Source: a virus (taxonomy: Duplodnaviria > Caudoviricetes). Taken from it: DNA of 39,510 nucleotides. The DNA is taken from the IMG/VR virus record IMGVR_UViG_3300038675_000151, positions 1 to 39,510 of that record, one strand, 5' to 3'. The position numbers and the translations under genes were made by a program. The notes below the pieces were generated by a model, which had not been told where the DNA came from, ran no database searches, and worked only from the letters and a program-made list of their open reading frames with translations. Below, piece after piece: positions 35,457 through 39,510 of this stretch (the stretch's first letter is position 1; every line of letters starts with the position of its first letter).

Positions 35457-35488
35457 CACCCCGCCGTGCCTAAAAGGGAACCGGGGCG
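35457..35488 (+). repeat. stem-loop with 16-nt core CGTGCCTAAAAGGGAA, copy 2
   Basis: Core at 35465-35480, closed by a different stem (CCCCG/CGGGG). Confidence 0.7.
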
Positions 35489-35547
35489 AATTTCAAGACA
35501 CCACACCCCGGCTACCGGGGCAAAACAAATACGAGAGGAGCAAAGGC

Positions 35548-36036
35548 ATGGAAGACGAGAAGAAAGAAGCGGTTCAGGGTGATCCTATGGGGGAGAAGAT
35601 TTTCGAGGATTTCATTCGCGAACGTGGACCGGAAGCTGCGGCAACAGCAAGGGTCGAGACGAGAAACATGGACGAGGATGCCCTCTCGTTGCGGAACGAA
35701 CTCCACGCTGTCATGCAGAAGCACGGAGTCATTCATTACAACGTCATCGCCTCGAAGCACGAGGACTCCAGCGACGGCCCTGTGATGAATTTCTGTGTGG
35801 GCGTGGAAAATAGCGTGGCGTGGATGACAGCGTTTTCCATCGCTAACCAGACGGACAGGTTTCTCCAGGCGTTCACACCGATCCTGTCGGGCATGCTGAT
35901 GGCGAAGATGCTCATGAATGGGGAAATCGATGCCAAGGCAGTCCTCAACAAGCTGAAGGGGGGGGAAACCAAAACAGAGGCCCCGATCATCACCCCCGGC
36001 GGTCCCGGTGTCGTGATCGGCGGGTATGGCGGATAG
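35548..36036 (+). CDS. hypothetical protein
   Basis: RBS GAGGAG; 162 aa. Confidence 0.65.
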   Translation: MEDEKKEAVQGDPMGEKIFEDFIRERGPEAAATARVETRNMDEDALSLRNELHAVMQKHGVIHYNVIASKHEDSSDGPVMNFCVGVENSVAWMTAFSIANQTDRFLQAFTPILSGMLMAKMLMNGEIDAKAVLNKLKGGETKTEAPIITPGGPGVVIGGYGG

Positions 36037-36048
36037 CGGAGGGGCACG

Positions 36049-36204
36049 ATGGCAACGAAGACCGTCTGGGCGGACAGGGATCTGCTGCGGAAGACTCCCC
36101 TCCAGAAGGCTGGTAACACCCTGGTGAGGGTGGTCCGCATCGCGGATATGGTCCATGTCCGCCCAAAGACTGAATCAACGGCGGAACAACTGGATCTTTT
36201 CTGA
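36049..36204 (+). CDS. 51-aa microprotein ending in the beta-clamp motif QLDLF (not in ORF track)
   Basis: RBS GGAGGGG; MATKTVWADRDLLRKTPLQKAGNTLVRVVRIADMVHVRPKTESTAEQLDLF; fills the gap between two genes. Confidence 0.65.
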   Translation: MATKTVWADRDLLRKTPLQKAGNTLVRVVRIADMVHVRPKTESTAEQLDLF

Positions 36205-36216
36205 AAGGAGAAAACC

Positions 36217-36702
36217 ATGCGTATAGGCGAAGATACAATTCAGGAAGTGGTCAATCAGGTCGATGGACTCCTGAATGATTACCGCAAGGAGATCAACGAG
36301 GCTTTTCTGAAGGCGAGAGGTGCCCTGGACGTGGCCCTTTCTGTCAAGATCTCACCGGACGGCGACGGGTTGCTTGTCGAGACGGGGATCAATTTCGTCA
36401 AGGACCGGATCAAGGCGAAGGCCAGCGGGACCGTTATCGAGGGGCAGATGAAGCTCGACCTGGAAGGCCCCAGGGAAACGGACGAGCCGGCCAGATTCTG
36501 CCCGGTCAAGGGCGAGAGGGTGGCAGATTCCATCTGCTACGACGGGTGCGATCTACGCATCGAGGTGCTGGCCCCAGATCCCGAAGGCCACCCTGACTTC
36601 CTACAGGCCCGTCCCTGTGCGGCCCATGCCGATGAGTGGACGAACTTCTGTGTCCAGATGATGCTGGCATGGGAGCCGACGAGAGTCAAGGAGGCGGCAT
36701 GA
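36217..36702 (+). CDS. hypothetical protein with a Cys-rich C-terminus
   Basis: RBS AAAGGAG; 161 aa. Confidence 0.65.
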   Translation: MRIGEDTIQEVVNQVDGLLNDYRKEINEAFLKARGALDVALSVKISPDGDGLLVETGINFVKDRIKAKASGTVIEGQMKLDLEGPRETDEPARFCPVKGERVADSICYDGCDLRIEVLAPDPEGHPDFLQARPCAAHADEWTNFCVQMMLAWEPTRVKEAA

Positions 36703-37040
36703 AGCCCCTGGTTCTCCCCGCCCCCTGGCGTCCGATCCCGGCCCCAGGTGTTGGGCAGTATGCATATCAGCGGCCAGGATTGGTCGTCCTGGTCTCGTCT
36801 GGCAAAGAGCAAGACGACCGCCTGTGGCTTCATGTTTCAGCCTCCAGGCGGGACCGCCTGCCGTCCTGGGAAGACCTGAATGAGGTCAAGGACATCTTCA
36901 TCGGCAAGGACAGGAAGGCGGTCCTTGTGTTCCCCCCGGAGAAGGAAAAGATCAACATTCATCCGTACTGTATGCACCTGTTTGCCTGCCTGTCCGAGGA
37001 TGTCCTCCCAGATTTCACGAAGGGGAGCGGGATGCTATGA
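36699..37040 (+). CDS. conserved phage early protein (HVS...PSWE...HPYCxHL family)
   Basis: WLHVSASRRDRLPSWEDLNEVKDIF...P....NIHPYCMHL; start MKPL at 36699. Confidence 0.7.
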   Translation: MKPLVLPAPWRPIPAPGVGQYAYQRPGLVVLVSSGKEQDDRLWLHVSASRRDRLPSWEDLNEVKDIFIGKDRKAVLVFPPEKEKINIHPYCMHLFACLSEDVLPDFTKGSGML

Positions 37041-37228
37041 AGTGCAAAGCCTGTGGAGCAGAGATCCATTTTTTGAAGACGGCAACGGGGCGTCTTATTC
37101 CCGTCAATGCCGAGACGATGGATGCGGCAGACGAGTATTTCGATCCAAAGGAAAGGGGCCATGTCACCCACTATGCCACCTGTTCGGACCCCGCGAGATT
37201 CAGAAAGTCGATAGCGAGTAAGCGATGA
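37037..37228 (+). CDS. small Zn-ribbon protein
   Basis: CKACGAEI.F.KT..GR.IPVN...H.ATC. Confidence 0.7.
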   Translation: MKCKACGAEIHFLKTATGRLIPVNAETMDAADEYFDPKERGHVTHYATCSDPARFRKSIASKR

Positions 37229-37530
37229 AACTGATGTCGGTTCAAGAGGTTGCTGATCTACTTAACATTTCCCCCTGGACCGTGTATAAGCACCGTCACG
37301 CCCTCGGCGGGTTTCGACCCGCCGGGATCGGGCGGATCAGATTCCACCCGGAGGTGATCCATGACCGTCTACAGGGAGAGGCAGAGCGGGAAGTGGCGGT
37401 ATCACTTCATGTACAACGGGAAGCGATACTCCCAAAGAGTGCTGTCGCCATAAAAAACCAACGATATTCAGCACATTTGTGGAGCAGGGTTTTTGATTTT
37501 TGGGCCTTTTTCGCACCTACTTGCACCTAA
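37225..37530 (+). CDS. xis: excisionase-like HTH protein; C-terminus probably read-through across a deletion junction
   Basis: LMSVQEVADLLNISPWTVYK...GG....GRIRF; last gene of the early operon, overlapping the integrase stub. Confidence 0.75.
   Translation: MKLMSVQEVADLLNISPWTVYKHRHALGGFRPAGIGRIRFHPEVIHDRLQGEAEREVAVSLHVQREAILPKSAVAIKNQRYSAHLWSRVFDFWAFFAPTCT
37361..37453 (+). pseudogene. tyrosine-integrase N-terminal remnant (30 aa)
   Basis: RBS GGAGGTG; MTVYRERQSGKWRYHFMYNGKRYS resembles an arm-binding N-terminus and sits where int is expected; stops at codon 31. Confidence 0.65.
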
Positions 37531-37551
37531 ATTTGCACCGGTCTACGCACC
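37454..37551. other. att-like region with arm-type direct repeats
   Basis: AT-rich tract followed by GCACCTA (37513), GCACCTA (37523), GCACC (37535, 37547), between the convergent early and late operons. Confidence 0.55.
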
Positions 37552-38061
37552 CTCCAAAACGCCCTCAAAGATGACATCGTAGTGCCTGGAGATCCTCCAC
37601 TCGTCGGCCAGATCGTCAGGCATCACCCCCCACCAATTCCTCCGGGCCCCTGCGATGTAAAGCCCGTAGGCCGTCAACTCCGAGCAGACCGGAACATTCC
37701 AATGGATGTACTTCGCGAGGCCCAGGAGGTGCAGGACGAGCCGGGACCAGGGATAGTGCTTTCCCTCATACTTCTTCACGGCATCGCATACCATCGCCCT
37801 GCGGATGTCGTCCATATGCACCCACCGTGCGACCAATACCCGCTGGCCGCGATACGCCTCATAGAGGTTGCCCTCCTGTATATGGGACACGGCCTCGATC
37901 ATCCGGCCAGAGGGAGCCAGGATCGTGAGCGTGTGGTTGTAGGTGGCCTCGTCGTCAGACGCCTTCGCCTTCTGGACAAACCGGATCGCCGTCCCAAGGA
38001 GGGCCTCGGATCGGGTCGCGACTACGTCCGCTGGCATCAGTTTCAGGTCCGTAAAAGCCAT
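37543..38061 (-). CDS. permuted papain-like (YiiX/YebB NlpC/P60) amidase
   Basis: DVVATR...YNH...MIEA...G..Y...CSEL.AY....AG...PDDL (His before Cys). Confidence 0.75.
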   Translation of the reverse strand: MAFTDLKLMPADVVATRSEALLGTAIRFVQKAKASDDEATYNHTLTILAPSGRMIEAVSHIQEGNLYEAYRGQRVLVARWVHMDDIRRAMVCDAVKKYEGKHYPWSRLVLHLLGLAKYIHWNVPVCSELTAYGLYIAGARRNWWGVMPDDLADEWRISRHYDVIFEGVLEGA

Positions 38062-38127
38062 TCTTTGCCCCCAGAATCGATTTTCTCACCCACCCCCCTT
38101 GTCATACCCCTCGGGAGGGGGAGATCG

Positions 38128-38595
38128 TTAAATCTGACCCCCCTGGAGCGTCTCCTGGGGGGTGGCATTTTTTTGTATCAGGGTGTCGAGGAACGCCTCC
38201 AGATCGTCCACCCGGTTCACCCATCCTCGGAGATATTTCATCATGGCCCGCCTCCTGTCCGCCAAACCCCGATAATAGGACCGCCGGATCTGGAGCAGGG
38301 CCTTCCAATCTTCGTCGGCCCTTCTGGCCCACAGTATGGCCCTGGAGATCCCGCAGTTGACCGCCGTGTCGAATGCCGCCATCCGGCAGAGGTCGTCCTC
38401 GATCCCGCCCAGGCGGTCCCAGTAGTCCCGCCGGTAGATCTCCCTCGCCCCCTCCAGGGTCAGGGCCTTGATGTTGACCCTCGGGTATGCCCGTTTCGAG
38501 ATCCCGTACTTCGTCTCGCCGCCGGGATCTCGCGGGTCGTTGACGTATCCGCCCTCATGTTTCAGGACGAAGGCCATGATTTGATCGAAACTCAT
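38128..38595 (-). CDS. endolysin, glycoside hydrolase family 108
   Basis: HEGGYVNDPRDPGGETKYGISKRAYP...IYRRDYW...FDTAVNCG...GWVNRV; start MSFDQ at 38595. Confidence 0.93.
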   Translation of the reverse strand: MSFDQIMAFVLKHEGGYVNDPRDPGGETKYGISKRAYPRVNIKALTLEGAREIYRRDYWDRLGGIEDDLCRMAAFDTAVNCGISRAILWARRADEDWKALLQIRRSYYRGLADRRRAMMKYLRGWVNRVDDLEAFLDTLIQKNATPQETLQGGQI

Positions 38596-39164
38596 CCCAA
38601 TTTTTCCCGTTCGGCCTGGGCCTGGGCCTCCTTCTCGATCACCTGGACCGGGATTGCGATCTTCGCCAGGGCATCCTTGATCCCGGCGATAGTCGTCGCC
38701 TTCGATACCTCGGCCAGGGCGGTATGCATTGAGGCCACCGTCTCCCGTAGGCCACGGATCGACGCCTGATCGATCTCGGCCAGACGGGTCTTCGTTGCGG
38801 CGTCCTCTGCGGCCTTCGCCTTTGCGTCGTCCTCGATCCACTTCGTGCCGTCCCACGCCGGGAAGGGGCACGGAACCGAGGCCGTGTACTCCGTCGGGAT
38901 CGGCCCGAGGGCCTCAATGACGAGCGAGGATGCGTCCTTGATGCTATAGACTGTCTCGCCCCGGTGGTCTTCGACAGGCTCCCATCCGCCCGCCCCCATC
39001 ACGGGGACATCCCCCGCCTTAACTTCCGGCGGGGCGTCGAGGGTGGCATTCGCCGGGATGAGGTAGACCGGCTTCCCTTGCCGCTTCGTCTCGAGCGGGT
39101 CCAGGTGGGCTTCGGACTCCCGCAGAAATTCGTTGGTCTCGCTGCTATAATGATAGATCTTCAT
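38592..39164 (-). CDS. tail fibre assembly chaperone, copy B
   Basis: Paralog of 434-943 with an identical N-terminus and a diverged C-terminus. Confidence 0.85.
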   Translation of the reverse strand: MKIYHYSSETNEFLRESEAHLDPLETKRQGKPVYLIPANATLDAPPEVKAGDVPVMGAGGWEPVEDHRGETVYSIKDASSLVIEALGPIPTEYTASVPCPFPAWDGTKWIEDDAKAKAAEDAATKTRLAEIDQASIRGLRETVASMHTALAEVSKATTIAGIKDALAKIAIPVQVIEKEAQAQAEREKLG

Positions 39165-39181
39165 GATGGATGATCCTCCCA

Positions 39182-39510
39182 TTAATACTTGATGATCGGC
39201 ATGTATGCCCGGTTGATCGGCCTCGTTTCATTGCCGCCCGCCGCCGCCGTATTTACCCCCGCTGCCGCCCAGGTCCAGGTAGGCGATCCAGAGATGTTGC
39301 TTGCGTACCCAGCCTTCTGCCCCACGAAGTAGGAAGAATCGGGCGCTGCATGGTAATGGGATTTGTATGCATCCGCTTGTTTCGTACCGACGTGGTCTCC
39401 CGTGGTCCCGTCTCCCCGGTCCGTCCGGGAAGCCCGATCTGGATCATTCGAGGAACCATGCGCCCAGCCACGTTCGAACAGGCCGCGGTCGTCCGGAAGG
39501 TTGAAGGTTG
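39182..39510 (-). CDS. tail fibre C-terminus, copy B (tip B); start lies beyond the right edge
   Basis: Manual translation: [108 protein letters not shown]. Confidence 0.92.
   Translation of the reverse strand, partial: TFNLPDDRGLFERGWAHGSSNDPDRASRTDRGDGTTGDHVGTKQADAYKSHYHAAPDSSYFVGQKAGYASNISGSPTWTWAAAGVNTAAAGGNETRPINRAYMPIIKY

Larger units (their letters stand above)
434..39510. mobile_element. BPP-1/T7-like temperate podovirus genome, about 38.2 kb unit between the tail-fibre repeats
   Basis: Head, tail, packaging, lysis, replication, recombination and switch modules are all present; repeat offset is 38221-38227 bp. Confidence 0.9.

Noticed and set aside
37425-37450. tRNA 3' end as att core (ends GTCGCCA)
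   Set aside because: No T-arm GTTCRA or acceptor-stem pattern upstream, so it cannot be supported.
961-39510. Diversity-generating retroelement (BPP-1-like phage with a repeated tail-fibre 3' end)
   Set aside because: No reverse transcriptase or Avd in the window. The two copies differ by a 6-bp indel and wholesale replacement, not by adenine-specific substitutions.
887-39510. Gin/Cin-type invertible tail-fibre cassette
   Set aside because: The copies are direct rather than inverted, 38 kb apart, and no invertase is present.

Overview
Almost the whole window is one temperate podovirus-type genome with BPP-1/T7-like virion architecture. The minus strand carries cro, replication genes, terminase, portal, scaffold, capsid, two glycosyltransferase-like genes, tail tube proteins, ejection proteins (one of 1900 aa) and the tail fibre. 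The plus strand carries a cI-like repressor, DUF932, YqaJ/RecT, a helicase/methylase pair and an excisionase. The tail-fibre 3' end plus its chaperone occurs twice in direct orientation (about 434-1283 and 38592-39510), with different receptor-binding tips and different downstream genes (dam on the left; endolysin, amidase and an att-like site on the right). The integrase survives only as a 30-codon stub, and the repressor has an early in-frame TAG. Other notable signals: a solitary type I-E CRISPR repeat in the early operon, a promoter-driven cloverleaf antisense RNA upstream of dam, a repeat-bracketed radical-SAM-like plus ADP-ribosyltransferase cargo in the giant ejection protein, and a microprotein ending in the beta-clamp motif QLDLF. 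All product calls come from motif recognition and synteny by eye; no searches were run.
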